Below are positions 18,937-29,256 of a stretch of DNA of 64,000 bases, in pieces. Each line of letters starts with the position of its first letter. The first letter of the stretch is position 1. Below the pieces are notes generated by a model. The model did no database searches, had not been told where the DNA came from, and worked only from the letters and a program-made list of their open reading frames with translations. Source of the stretch: Saprospiraceae bacterium UBA2365 (GTDB taxonomy: Bacteria > Bacteroidota > Bacteroidia > Chitinophagales > Saprospiraceae); contig DDTL01000179.1 of assembly GCA_002344345.1 (NCBI GenBank), positions 8,849 through 72,848 on the forward strand. The letters run 5' to 3'. Position numbers and translations under genes: made by a program.

Positions 18937-19488
18937 ATGAAAGTTGAAAAAACAGCATTTGAAGGTTTGTTTGTATTCAAACCAAATGTTTTCGGAGATT
19001 CAAGAGGATATTTTTTTGAAAGTTTTAACCATCGGTTATTCAATGAATTGACAGGCAATAGCATCGATTTTATCCAGGATAATGAATCGATGTCCGGCTA
19101 TGGTGTCATCCGAGGTTTACATTATCAGTTGCCTCCATTTGGACAATCAAAACTGGTTCGGGTGATCTCAGGTGTTGTTCTGGATATAGCGCTGGATCTA
19201 AGACCTGGTTCTGAAACATTCGGGCAGCACTTTTCGATTTTGCTGGATGCAGAAAATAAAGTTCAGGTTTTAATTCCCAAAGGGTTTGCTCATGGGTATT
19301 CCGTTTTAAGTGAAACAGCCGTTTTTGCATATAAATGTGATGCTTATTACAATAAATCATCAGAAACAGGCATTTTATTCAATGACAGTGACTTGAACAT
19401 CGACTGGAAAATACCTGAGGATAAGCGGATCATTTCAGAAAAAGACCTTCATCAAAGGTCCTTTAAGGATCACTTTCCATACATTTAG
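18937..19488 (+). CDS. rfbC: dTDP-4-dehydrorhamnose 3,5-epimerase
   Basis: 183 aa with FGDSRGYFFE and RGLHYQ motifs characteristic of RmlC. Confidence 0.9.
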   Translation: MKVEKTAFEGLFVFKPNVFGDSRGYFFESFNHRLFNELTGNSIDFIQDNESMSGYGVIRGLHYQLPPFGQSKLVRVISGVVLDIALDLRPGSETFGQHFSILLDAENKVQVLIPKGFAHGYSVLSETAVFAYKCDAYYNKSSETGILFNDSDLNIDWKIPEDKRIISEKDLHQRSFKDHFPYI

Positions 19489-19510
19489 GTTATAAATTCT
19501 GTATGTGAAA

Positions 19511-20386
19511 ATGAAAAATGTGAGAATTCTGTTAACCGGAGCAAAAGGACAATTGGGTCAAAGCATTACTAATCGATGGAAAAACAATCTTCAGATTGAA
19601 TTATTAGCCACGGATATAGAAGAATTGGATATATGTGATCCGATTGCTTTACAACAAGAATTTTCAAAGTTCAAACCCGACTTTTGCTTGAATGGAGCTG
19701 CTTATACAGCAGTGGATAAAGCTGAAATTGAACAGGAAAAAGCTATGGCCATCAACGCACAGGCGGTTAAGAATCTTTGTATTGCCTGTAAGGAACACAA
19801 TACTACCCTACTCCATATCTCTTCGGATTATGTATATGATAGTTGGCCTGTAAAATTGTTGACCGAATCGGCTCCTACCCGGCCGAAAAGCATTTATGGC
19901 CAATCAAAACTCTTAGGTGATCAATTGATAATCAATCAATTGGTTAAGTATTATATATTCAGAACCAGTTGGCTATACTCTGAATATGGCAATAATTTTG
20001 TCAAAACCATACTCCGGCTTTCTCAGTCACGACCTGAAATTCAGGTTGTGGATGATCAATTCGGGAGTCCTACTTATGCCGGAGACCTGGCTGAAGCGCT
20101 CAAATATCTGGTTTTAGCCCAAAAAGCCCATCACGTTCCGCCATTTGGCGTATATAACTTCAGCAATGATGGTTTTACCAATTGGTTTGATTTTGCATGT
20201 AACATTCTTGAATTTGCTGGAAAATCAGGATTCCCTTTAAAAAGGATCAGCACGAAGTCATTCGGATCACCTGCTCCGCGACCTTATAACAGTAAAATGA
20301 GTAAGAAAAAATTCCTTCAACATTTCAATTTTCCTTTAAAAGATTGGAAAGTAAGTCTACGGGAATGCATTGATTCACTGACTTAA
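19511..20386 (+). CDS. rfbD: dTDP-4-dehydrorhamnose reductase
   Basis: Rossmann motif LLTGAKGQLG, an SSDYVYD active-site region, and YGQSK. The ATG at 19511 is preferred over the GTG at 19505. Confidence 0.9.
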   Translation: MKNVRILLTGAKGQLGQSITNRWKNNLQIELLATDIEELDICDPIALQQEFSKFKPDFCLNGAAYTAVDKAEIEQEKAMAINAQAVKNLCIACKEHNTTLLHISSDYVYDSWPVKLLTESAPTRPKSIYGQSKLLGDQLIINQLVKYYIFRTSWLYSEYGNNFVKTILRLSQSRPEIQVVDDQFGSPTYAGDLAEALKYLVLAQKAHHVPPFGVYNFSNDGFTNWFDFACNILEFAGKSGFPLKRISTKSFGSPAPRPYNSKMSKKKFLQHFNFPLKDWKVSLRECIDSLT

Positions 20387-20571
20387 AAACATTCCCACCT
20401 TAAGTGCTGTTTTAATATAATTAGGCATACATTTGTAAGAAAAAGAATATGTCAATAACTTTATGAATTGATAACAGCTTTTATCAATTTTTTTTAAGTA
20501 GCTTCTTGATAATTCAGGAAGAAAACAGGGAGAAAAATGGCTTAATTCTTGAGAAAATACAGCGGATTCAG

Positions 20572-23289
20572 ATGAGATTCATCAACTTCATAATCAAACT
20601 ATTATTCGGATTTTTGCTATTGATCATGCAGTTTACCCCGATTTTTGCTACCCACAATCGCGCAGGCGAGGTTACATTTGAACAACTTGGACCTTTGACC
20701 ATCAGGGCAACAGTTACCACTTATACAATGACGAGTTCAGTCGCTGCAGACCGGGACAGTATTGAGATTTTTTGGGGTGATGGTTCAAGTACGATGGCCA
20801 CGAGGGCAAATGGTTGGGGCGATCCGCAACCCAACGACGTGAAAATCAATTATTATATAGCTACCCATACCTATTCGGGACGAGCTACCTATACCATATC
20901 CATGTATGATCCCAACCGGATTGCCGGTATACTCAATGTAAACTATCCTGACAGTGCCAATGTTCCATTTTACCTTGAAACGACTTTCAGTTTTTTAAAT
21001 ACACAGTTTTTAGGTGACAATAACTCCGTAAGATTGCTTGCTCCCCCGATTGATTTTGGTTGCGTCGGGCAGGTTTTCAGGCACAATCCAAATGCATTCG
21101 ATATAGATGGCGACAGTCTGAGTTATGCATTGATCATACCGCTGCAACAAATGAATACCATCGTGCCTGACTACAGATATCCGGATCAGATCGGTGCAGG
21201 GCCGCACAATCTTTTCACCCTGGATCGCAAAAATGGTGACATCATTTGGAATGCCCCCATGGTTGCAGGTGATTACAATATCGCTTTCCGGGTCAATGAA
21301 TACCGTCAGGGTATACTTATTTCCAGCACGATCCGGGATATGCAGATACTCATCAGAGATCAATGTCAGAATCAAAATCCAGACATTGAAGTCATTGAGG
21401 AGATTTGCGTTTTTGCCGGCGAAATCGTGGAGACAAAAGTGAATATTTCAGACGCTGACCCGGATCAGATGCTTCAACTTAGCGCGTCAGGTGCCCCATT
21501 CATTTCAGCTAAAAACAAAGCTACACTAACCAATAAAGATGTATTTCTTTTCCCTCCCTATTCCGCAATTTTTTCCTGGGAAACCAGTTGTGAAGATGTA
21601 TCCGAGCAGTATTATCAGATTATTTTCAAAGTAACTGACAACGGATTCAGCGATACCACAGGATTGACCAATTTAAAGGCACTCAGGATCAAAGTCGTGG
21701 CTCCCCCACCCCAAAACACAGCTGCTGATCCGGTGGATGATCACATGATAATAAATTGGGATTATCCTTATTTGTGCTCCTTTACAGACAATGAATATTT
21801 TCGCGGGTTTTCAGTTTGGAGGCGGACAGGCTCTGCAAGTATGTATCAGGACAGTTGTTCAACCGGTATTGACCCGAATCTCTATCAAAAAATTGTTTTT
21901 CTGACAAATGAAAACGATGCAATTCATTATTTTTATGAAGATTTTGAGGTTGAAAAGGAATTAAACTATTGCTACCGGATCCTTCCCGAATTTGCACGAA
22001 AGACCATGGATGGCTTTCCATACAATCCTGTGTCAGGTCAGGCAAGCAATGAAACATGCAATTTCATACCATCCAAAGCACCTCTGATCACCAAGGTAAG
22101 TGTATTAGAGACATCGGACGTTGAGGGCAGGATTGCAATCAACTGGCAAATGGTTGATCCTGAATTATTTGATACCATTAAATTCCCGGGTCCATACACC
22201 ATGCGCCTTAAAACTTCAGGAAATGGAACAGATTTTTTCCAGGTTGACCAGGCCGTATATTCCGGTGAAACATATAAAGATATAATAGCAGATACAAGCT
22301 TCATCCATGAAAAATTGAATACGATAGCCAGTCCTCAGCATTATACGATCAGCATGTATTTTTCCGAACAGGAAATGCCTCTGGGTTCAGCTCCCAAAGC
22401 ATCAACTGTTTTTATCACTCCCGAAGCGATCCAGGGAAAAAATCGAATCAAATTCAATTCAGAGGTTCCATGGCACAATTCATCCTATATGATTTATCGG
22501 AAGACAGAAGATGAGGATCAATTTTCACTGATCGGGACTTCCACAACCAACTCATTTGATGATTTTGATATTGAAAATGAAAAACTGTATTGTTACTATG
22601 TCATTTCTAAAGGCAATTACAGCTTTTTGGAAGAAAAAATTATTTCAAATCAATCCCAAATCGCTTGCATAGAGGCTATTGATTTCATTCCAATTTGTGC
22701 ACCACTATTAACAGTCACCAACGATTGCGAGAATGCACCGGACTGGATCCCCGGTGACGAATTGTTTAACAATTTATCCTGGGATTTTCCTGATTGCCCG
22801 GAAAGAATATCTGAGGTCAGCGGATACCAGATTTATTTTGGGGCAGACGCCGATCATTTGGGGTTGACACAGACGGTGGAGGGATCCGACATAAGGGAAT
22901 ATAAGCATCAGGGAAACAATGGATTACAAGGTTGTTATGCCGTGTTCGGATTAGACCAATATGGTAATCCCGGTATGCAGTCGAATGTGATATGTATGCA
23001 AAATTGTCCGGTATATGAATTGCCAAATGTATTCACTCCCAATGGCGACCATGTGCATGACATTTTTGTTCCAAGGTTTTTCAGGCATATTCAATCTTTC
23101 AATATCCAGATTTTCAACCAATGGGGCCAACTGGTATTTGAAACGGACGATCCACAGATCAACTGGGATGGTTCAAACAAGAGAGGAAAATCTCTCGCTT
23201 CCGGAGTTTACTTTTATGTCTGTTCGTTAAGTGCCGGTCCTCCCCTTAATGACATAAAGCTTTCAGGAAATATCCATCTTTTCCGGTAA
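20572..23289 (+). CDS. large secreted/cell-surface protein with a T9SS type B (gliding motility-associated, CHU_C-like) C-terminal sorting domain
   Basis: The ATG at 20572 gives the signal peptide MRFINFIIKLLFGFLLLIMQFTPIFA followed by THNRAGEVTFEQ. The C-terminus YELPNVFTPNGDHVHDIF...INWDGSNKRGKSLASGVYFYVC is the type B sorting domain signature. Confidence 0.8.
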   Translation: MRFINFIIKLLFGFLLLIMQFTPIFATHNRAGEVTFEQLGPLTIRATVTTYTMTSSVAADRDSIEIFWGDGSSTMATRANGWGDPQPNDVKINYYIATHTYSGRATYTISMYDPNRIAGILNVNYPDSANVPFYLETTFSFLNTQFLGDNNSVRLLAPPIDFGCVGQVFRHNPNAFDIDGDSLSYALIIPLQQMNTIVPDYRYPDQIGAGPHNLFTLDRKNGDIIWNAPMVAGDYNIAFRVNEYRQGILISSTIRDMQILIRDQCQNQNPDIEVIEEICVFAGEIVETKVNISDADPDQMLQLSASGAPFISAKNKATLTNKDVFLFPPYSAIFSWETSCEDVSEQYYQIIFKVTDNGFSDTTGLTNLKALRIKVVAPPPQNTAADPVDDHMIINWDYPYLCSFTDNEYFRGFSVWRRTGSASMYQDSCSTGIDPNLYQKIVFLTNENDAIHYFYEDFEVEKELNYCYRILPEFARKTMDGFPYNPVSGQASNETCNFIPSKAPLITKVSVLETSDVEGRIAINWQMVDPELFDTIKFPGPYTMRLKTSGNGTDFFQVDQAVYSGETYKDIIADTSFIHEKLNTIASPQHYTISMYFSEQEMPLGSAPKASTVFITPEAIQGKNRIKFNSEVPWHNSSYMIYRKTEDEDQFSLIGTSTTNSFDDFDIENEKLYCYYVISKGNYSFLEEKIISNQSQIACIEAIDFIPICAPLLTVTNDCENAPDWIPGDELFNNLSWDFPDCPERISEVSGYQIYFGADADHLGLTQTVEGSDIREYKHQGNNGLQGCYAVFGLDQYGNPGMQSNVICMQNCPVYELPNVFTPNGDHVHDIFVPRFFRHIQSFNIQIFNQWGQLVFETDDPQINWDGSNKRGKSLASGVYFYVCSLSAGPPLNDIKLSGNIHLFR

Positions 23290-23375
23290 AAAACCAGGAT
23301 CTAATGCTTTTAAATAATTCAAACGTTCAATACTAACAGTCACGGTCATATCCATTTACAAAGGTATGGAGATTG

Positions 23376-23759
23376 TTAACGGTGCTGATCGAATAAAATC
23401 TGATTCCCATCCGGATCAGTAACGGTAAAATATGCAGGTCCCTGATTGTTCTCGTCCATTAATGGAGTGATTTCCATTTCATTCGATTTCAGATGTTGGT
23501 AAATTTTTCTGATATCATCGAATTCATCCATTTCACTTGCATTTTGATCCCAGCCGGGGTTAAATGTCATCATATTATTGTCGAACATACCCTGAAACAG
23601 CCCGATCAAAGTTGATCCATTTTTTAAGATCAGCCAGTTTTGTTCAATATTCCCGCCAAAAACAATAAATCCCAAAGTCTCATAAAATGCTTTGGAGGCA
23701 TGGATATCTTTTACATTCAGGCTTAAGGAAAACGCACCAAGTTTTAAATTATCAGACAT
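23376..23759 (-). CDS. VOC (glyoxalase/bleomycin-resistance/dioxygenase) family protein
   Basis: 127 aa. The pattern SLNVKDIHASKAFYETLGF ... VTDPDGNQILF is typical of VOC-fold proteins. Confidence 0.7.
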   Translation of the reverse strand: MSDNLKLGAFSLSLNVKDIHASKAFYETLGFIVFGGNIEQNWLILKNGSTLIGLFQGMFDNNMMTFNPGWDQNASEMDEFDDIRKIYQHLKSNEMEITPLMDENNQGPAYFTVTDPDGNQILFDQHR

Positions 23760-23782
23760 ACACTTTGTTTAAAAATTATAAA

Positions 23783-24325
23783 TTAATAAAACAGGAATTC
23801 CTTTGCATGGTTTTCAAGCAGTGATATAGTTTTTGGATCGGTCAATTCTGAATTTTCATCCAACAGATTGCCTATTTGTCTTAGCGCTGGTTTGGAATAG
23901 AAAACATGCATATTGAGGTATTGTAAAACAGTGGTTAACTGATCCATACCCAGCCAATTACCAGCCCTACCTGAACTTATTCCGATCAATGTCACTTTTT
24001 TGTTTCTAAAAGTAAGATCAGGCTCATTCACGGAAAGGGCATCCAATAAGACTTTAAGAGCTCCGGGATAACTGCCATTATATTCGGGTGAAATCACAAC
24101 CCATTTTTTTGCTGGAATAAATAATTTTTTTTGGGCATCATTTAGCAACTGACTTTGCCCTGATGTTTCATACATTTCAGTATGGAGCAAACCTTCCTGG
24201 AAATCCTCCAGCAAAAACAACTCTATTGTTTCTGTTGTCTGTTTCTGCAGCAATTTCTGGTAATGTCGAGCTATTTTAGAAGTGAGACTACCCGGTCTGT
24301 TTGTTCCTGAAATTATCAATATCAT
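23783..24325 (-). CDS. NAD(P)H-dependent FMN reductase family oxidoreductase
   Basis: The N-terminus MILIISGTNRPGSLTSKIA and the SPEYNGSYPGALK motif are typical of the FMN_red family. Confidence 0.7.
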   Translation of the reverse strand: MILIISGTNRPGSLTSKIARHYQKLLQKQTTETIELFLLEDFQEGLLHTEMYETSGQSQLLNDAQKKLFIPAKKWVVISPEYNGSYPGALKVLLDALSVNEPDLTFRNKKVTLIGISSGRAGNWLGMDQLTTVLQYLNMHVFYSKPALRQIGNLLDENSELTDPKTISLLENHAKEFLFY

Positions 24326-24424
24326 AACTATAAAACCAACTTTTTTGCAAAGTTAAAAATAAAAGAATGCCTGTATGTTAAAATGGGTTTGTCAATAAAA
24401 ATTTATCAGCTAATCTTGAATATT

Positions 24425-24637
24425 GAGTCTGCTCCGAAAAGTCCGATTTGTTGATTTTCAATCGTTTTTTGCCCACCAACTGACGTCTAAAATTAGCACA
24501 AGACTAAAGAGAAACGATTGAATTTCAATAAATTAAAAGTTTTCTTTTAGGCTTACACTGACTGAAAACGTCAGTGTACGTACTGACTAAAAACGTCAGT
24601 AGGGATTTAGGGGGCAAAGACTTTTCGTAACAGTCTC
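24425..24637. repeat. MITE-like palindromic element, family A (copy A2, with an extra double-hairpin insert)
   Basis: TIRs gagtctgctccgaaaagtc / gacttttcgtaacagtctc match at 16 of 19 positions. It is collinear with the reverse complement of A1 and carries about 50 extra bp holding two ACTGAC...GTCAGT hairpins. Confidence 0.85.
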
Positions 24638-24823
24638 AAAATTTTATTTTTTTCCATTTACTCTCATCCGGCTGATGGCTTAGACCATTCAACGATAACA
24701 ATTAAAGCTACACCCGAAAAATAAAATCGCTTGGCAAAGTTGAATGCGAACTTGATACAATCTGTTAAATTCCTGACTCAATTACCTGAATAAATCTTCT
24801 ACTCAATAAAACCAAAAAGACAT

Positions 24824-24831
24824 TATATTTG
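24824..24831 (+). promoter_or_regulatory. candidate -7 promoter element (TAnnTTTG)
   Basis: tatatttg lies 30 nt upstream of the ATG at 24861. Confidence 0.4.
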
Positions 24832-24860
24832 TTAAAGTTGCGTTCCAAAAAAATTGAAAA

Positions 24861-25226
24861 ATGAGTAAAAATGTTTTTGGCGATGAATTGATCAGTTGCT
24901 GCTTATCCCCGCTGACAGGGTTTTACCGTAATGGAAGTTGCGACTCAGAGCCTGACGATATCGGTGTACACTCTGTTTGTGTGGTCGTGACTGAAGAATT
25001 TCTGGAATTTTCCAAAGCAGTAGGAAATGATCTGAGCACGCCCCGACCCCAATACCAATTCGCCGGGTTAAAAGCAGGTGACAAATGGTGTTTATGTGCT
25101 TCTCGCTGGGTAGAAGCATGGAGGGCCGGAAAAGCACCTAAAGTAATACTTGAAGCTACTAATGAGAAAACATTGGAATACATCGATTTGCACGAATTAG
25201 TCAAATTTGGCTGGAAAGGAAAGTGA
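24861..25226 (+). CDS. DUF2237 family protein
   Basis: 121 aa. GDKWCLCASRWVEAWRAGKAPKVILEATNEKTL matches the conserved DUF2237 core. Confidence 0.7.
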   Translation: MSKNVFGDELISCCLSPLTGFYRNGSCDSEPDDIGVHSVCVVVTEEFLEFSKAVGNDLSTPRPQYQFAGLKAGDKWCLCASRWVEAWRAGKAPKVILEATNEKTLEYIDLHELVKFGWKGK

Positions 25227-25246
25227 AAGTTTAAATGATCATTTGA

Positions 25247-26719
25247 ATGGATCGGAAAAAAGCGCTTATCATCGGTTCAGGAGTTGCTGGAATGGCATGC
25301 GCCATTCGATTGGCCAATAAAGGCTACCAGGTTGATGTTTTTGAAAAAAATGAATATCCGGGAGGCAAGCTAACCAATTTCAGAATGAACGGATATCGTT
25401 TTGATGCCGGGCCGTCTCTGTTTACACTACCCCATCTTGTAGATGAATTGTTCATCATCAGCGGGAAAGATCCGAGGGATTACTTTAAATATTTTGAAAA
25501 GGAAGAATCCTGTAGATATTTTTGGGATGATGGAACTTCTGTAATCTCCTGGACTGATTTGGATGCTTTTGAGAATGAGATTTCAGAAAAATTCAGTACT
25601 GCTCCAGGCACCATAAAGGAATATTTGGTTAAAAGCAGTCAAATGTATCACCTGGCTGGCAAAATTTTTATGGAAAAACCACTTCATAAATTATTAACAT
25701 GGTGGTCCAGGGATGTTGCAAAAGCAGTATCAAACCTGTACAAACTGGATTTGTTTCACACAATGCACCAGGCTAATAAAAAACTCCTTAGGCATGAAAA
25801 ACTCATTCAATTATTTGACAGATATGCTACCTACAACGGAAGCAATCCGTATCAGGCACCAGCCATGCTCAATATGATCCCTTACCTCGAACATGGAATT
25901 GGCACTTATCTCCCGGAGAAAGGAATTTACCAAATCACAGAGGTATTGTTTTCATTAGCTAAGGAATTAGGAATCCGTTTTCATTTTAATGAAAAAGCTG
26001 AGGAAATCCTGATCAAATCAGGAAAGTCCTACGGCATCAGAACTCATTTGGGTGAATATTCTTCTGATTTGGTAGTATCTACGATGGATATCATGTTGAC
26101 CTATCGCAAACTACTTCAAAACCAGGAAGCCCCGGAAAAAATCCTACGACAGGAACGTTCCACCTCTGCTTTGATTTTTTATTGGGGTATTAAAAAACAA
26201 TTTGGTCAGTTGGGTTTGCACAATATTCTGTTTAGCAATGATTATCCTGGCGAATTCAAAGCTCTCAGCGAAGGAAATGAAGCATTTACAGATCCGACTG
26301 TTTACATTTCCATTACCTCAAAAGATGTTCCTGATGATGCTCCTGAGGGTTGTGAGAATTGGTATGTCATGGTGAATGCGCCTTTTGACAGAGGGCAGGA
26401 TTGGAATAAAATGATCAATGACTACAGGTCTGCCATCATCAAAAAAATAAACTTTCAGTTCCATGTTAAAATAGAGGATCTGATCGAAGTTGAGGACTTT
26501 TTGTCACCTCCTGAAATTGAATCGCGCACTTCTTCATTCGGTGGATCTCTGTATGGTAACAGTTCCAATAACCGATTCTCCGCTTTTTTCAGACATGCCA
26601 ATGAAAGTAAAAAAATAAAAGGTTTATATTTTTGCGGTGGAAGTGTGCATCCGGGTGGCGGAATTCCATTATGTTTGTTGTCTGCTAAAATATTATCTGA
26701 CTTATGTCCAAATCCTTAA
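25247..26719 (+). CDS. phytoene desaturase family carotenoid desaturase (CrtI/CrtD-like)
   Basis: N-terminal FAD fold ALIIGSGVAGMACAIRLANKGYQVDVFEKNEYPGGK. 490 aa. The C-terminal GGSVHPGGGIP is typical of the CrtI family. Confidence 0.8.
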   Translation: MDRKKALIIGSGVAGMACAIRLANKGYQVDVFEKNEYPGGKLTNFRMNGYRFDAGPSLFTLPHLVDELFIISGKDPRDYFKYFEKEESCRYFWDDGTSVISWTDLDAFENEISEKFSTAPGTIKEYLVKSSQMYHLAGKIFMEKPLHKLLTWWSRDVAKAVSNLYKLDLFHTMHQANKKLLRHEKLIQLFDRYATYNGSNPYQAPAMLNMIPYLEHGIGTYLPEKGIYQITEVLFSLAKELGIRFHFNEKAEEILIKSGKSYGIRTHLGEYSSDLVVSTMDIMLTYRKLLQNQEAPEKILRQERSTSALIFYWGIKKQFGQLGLHNILFSNDYPGEFKALSEGNEAFTDPTVYISITSKDVPDDAPEGCENWYVMVNAPFDRGQDWNKMINDYRSAIIKKINFQFHVKIEDLIEVEDFLSPPEIESRTSSFGGSLYGNSSNNRFSAFFRHANESKKIKGLYFCGGSVHPGGGIPLCLLSAKILSDLCPNP

Positions 26720-27372
26720 ATCAATTGAAAAATAGCAAATACAGGCTGAGCTTGTTTTTGCTGCTCGTTATTTACCTGGTAGGTATTGTTACTGCTTTGC
26801 TTGGACATACGGATAGTTTAATGAGATTAACGCCTTTTAATCTGGTATTTGCAGCGGCTTTGATCGTGTATAACTCCGAATCCCTGAATGTAAAGTATAT
26901 TTTATGGTTCACTTTGATTGCTGTTTCCGGCTTCCTGATCGAATATGCAGGCATTACAACCGGGGCTATTTTTGGCTTATACCATTATGGCAACACACTA
27001 GGTTTGAAAGTACTGGAGGTTCCGCTAATCATTGGGATCAACTGGTCTGTCCTGGTTTTTAGCACCGCTGCAATACTTGCCAATATAAAAATATCTTTAT
27101 GGTTTAAATCGATGATCGCTGCCACGCTCATGTTGATCTATGACTTTTTTCTCGAACCTGTTGCAGTCAGATTTGATTTTTGGACATGGGAAGGCGGTAA
27201 TATTCCGATCCAAAACTATCTGGCATGGTGGATGATTTCATTTATTTTTCTAGTTCCAACACATATGATAGTCAAACGTTTAAACAATCGTATGGCGCTA
27301 CCGGTCATACTGATTCAGGCATTGTTTTTTATCGTATTAATACTCAAAGAAGGACTGCTGCCCATTAAATAG
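26704..27372 (+). CDS. integral membrane carotenoid biosynthesis protein (Caroten_synth-like)
   Basis: 222 aa, about 7 TM segments. It overlaps the desaturase stop by 16 nt, which suggests translational coupling. Family assignment rests on context and topology. Confidence 0.5.
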   Translation: MSKSLNQLKNSKYRLSLFLLLVIYLVGIVTALLGHTDSLMRLTPFNLVFAAALIVYNSESLNVKYILWFTLIAVSGFLIEYAGITTGAIFGLYHYGNTLGLKVLEVPLIIGINWSVLVFSTAAILANIKISLWFKSMIAATLMLIYDFFLEPVAVRFDFWTWEGGNIPIQNYLAWWMISFIFLVPTHMIVKRLNNRMALPVILIQALFFIVLILKEGLLPIK

Positions 27373-27562
27373 ACATTTATGCAGAATTTTTTGATTTTTT
27401 AAGACCAGGTCTTTGTAAACCAACAGGCTTTTAATAACTTTCGGTCAAAATGAATTTACAATAATTTGGTAGTCCAATATATGATAAACACAGACGATTC
27501 TCCTCATAAGGTACCGTCAGAATATTCCATTTAGCCAAATAGAAACCAAATATAACAAACAT

Positions 27563-28243
27563 ATGAAAATTCAATACCTCGGACATGCATGCGTTCTGAT
27601 TGAATTCGGAAGTCACAAATTATTATTTGACCCGTTCATATCGGTCAATGAACTTGCCAAGCACATCGAAATTGATAAAATCGAGACTGATTTCATATTG
27701 CTGTCCCACGGACATCAGGATCATATACTGGATGTGGAGCGCATTGCCGGAAATACAGGAGCCGCTATCATTTCAAATTTTGAGATTGTGAGCTATTTTC
27801 AGAAAAAAGGCCTCAATGGTCATCCGATGAATCATGGAGGTGTATGGGAGTTTGAGTTTGGTAAAGTAAAAATGGTAAATGCTATTCACTCCAGTTCATT
27901 CCCTGATGGATCCTATGCCGGAAACCCTTCCGGATTCGTGATCTGGAATGATGAGCAGTGTTTTTATTTTGCGGGTGATACTGCATTAACATGGGATATG
28001 AAACTTATACCCTTGCTATGTCCGAAACTCGATTGCTGTATCCTTCCAATGGGTGACAATTTTACCATGGGCATCGAAGAAGCTTCTATTGCAAGCGATT
28101 TTGTCGAATGCTCTACGGTGATTGCTTGTCATTTTGACACTTTTGGTTATATCATTTTGGATAAAGAAGAAGCACAAAAGGTATTTGAACAAAAGAATAT
28201 AACGTTGTTGATCCCTTCGATTGGCGAAACGTTGATTGTCTGA
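27563..28243 (+). CDS. metal-dependent hydrolase, UPF0173/beta-lactamase-fold family
   Basis: N-terminus MKIQYLGHACVLIE and metal-binding motif SHGHQDH. Confidence 0.75.
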   Translation: MKIQYLGHACVLIEFGSHKLLFDPFISVNELAKHIEIDKIETDFILLSHGHQDHILDVERIAGNTGAAIISNFEIVSYFQKKGLNGHPMNHGGVWEFEFGKVKMVNAIHSSSFPDGSYAGNPSGFVIWNDEQCFYFAGDTALTWDMKLIPLLCPKLDCCILPMGDNFTMGIEEASIASDFVECSTVIACHFDTFGYIILDKEEAQKVFEQKNITLLIPSIGETLIV

Positions 28244-28393
28244 AACCAAAAGTAAAAAATTTGGCAGAAAGTCGACACCATTACCAGAATCTGGAGGTGA
28301 TGTTAATATCCTTCCGTGAATGCATACCAGATAAAATTATAAAAATAATTGAAGTTTAACGGATAGGACTGCCTCCAAACAGAATTGTTTTGA

Positions 28394-28401
28394 TATTTTT
28401 G
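28394..28401 (+). promoter_or_regulatory. candidate -7 promoter element (TAnnTTTG) for the parAB operon
   Basis: tatttttg lies 40 nt upstream of the ATG at 28441. Confidence 0.4.
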
Positions 28402-28440
28402 CCGCCTGAAAAAAAAATGTGACATAAACCGAGGTTAAAG

Positions 28441-29223
28441 ATGGGAAAAGTTATTGCGATTGCAAATCAAAAAGGTGGAGTTGGCAAGACAACTACCGCA
28501 ATAAATCTGGCAGCAGCTGTAGCTCTGCTGGAAAAAAAGGTATTGCTTATTGATGCTGATCCGCAAGGTAATGCTACATCAGGTCTTGGATTGAAAGCTG
28601 ACGATTTTGAGTATACGTTATATGATTGTATTTCCAACGGGGTTGAGCCCTCAGAAAGCATAAAAGATACTGAAGTACCCAATCTATCCATTATACCGTC
28701 AGATATTCAACTGGTAGGGGCAGAAATCGAACTGGTAAATGTACCAAAAAGGGAATTTATACTCCAATCAATAGTAGAGAAAGTAAAAGGTCGATACGAT
28801 TATATTTTTATTGACTGTTTGCCTTCACTGGGGCTGATCACGGTAAATGCCCTTGTAGCGGCAGATACTGTTCTGATCCCTGTACAGAGTGAGTTTTTCT
28901 CACTTGAAGGCCTGAGTAAGCTAAAAGATACGATCAACATCATACAGTCAGGCATGAATCCAAGACTGGAAGTTGAGGGCATTCTGATAACCATGTATGA
29001 TAAACGTCTGAGAATGGCCAGTTTATTGAGTGGCAATATCAAGGAAATTGTAACTGATTATATTTTTGAAACAGTGATCAACAGAAATGCAAAGATCAAT
29101 GAAGCACCTATGATGGGCAAACCCGTTTTGCTGTATGATGCAGCATCAACAGGGTCAAGGAACTTCCTGAACCTGGCATATGAATTGTTAACCAAAAACG
29201 GAGATACTATTGCAGTAGGTTGA
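28441..29223 (+). CDS. parA: chromosome partitioning ATPase ParA/Soj
   Basis: Deviant Walker [11 protein letters not shown]. Typical ParA length and motifs (DCLPSLG). Confidence 0.9.
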   Translation: MGKVIAIANQKGGVGKTTTAINLAAAVALLEKKVLLIDADPQGNATSGLGLKADDFEYTLYDCISNGVEPSESIKDTEVPNLSIIPSDIQLVGAEIELVNVPKREFILQSIVEKVKGRYDYIFIDCLPSLGLITVNALVAADTVLIPVQSEFFSLEGLSKLKDTINIIQSGMNPRLEVEGILITMYDKRLRMASLLSGNIKEIVTDYIFETVINRNAKINEAPMMGKPVLLYDAASTGSRNFLNLAYELLTKNGDTIAVG

Positions 29224-29256
29224 TTGAGCAACCAAAAGCTGATAAAATAAAGGAAA

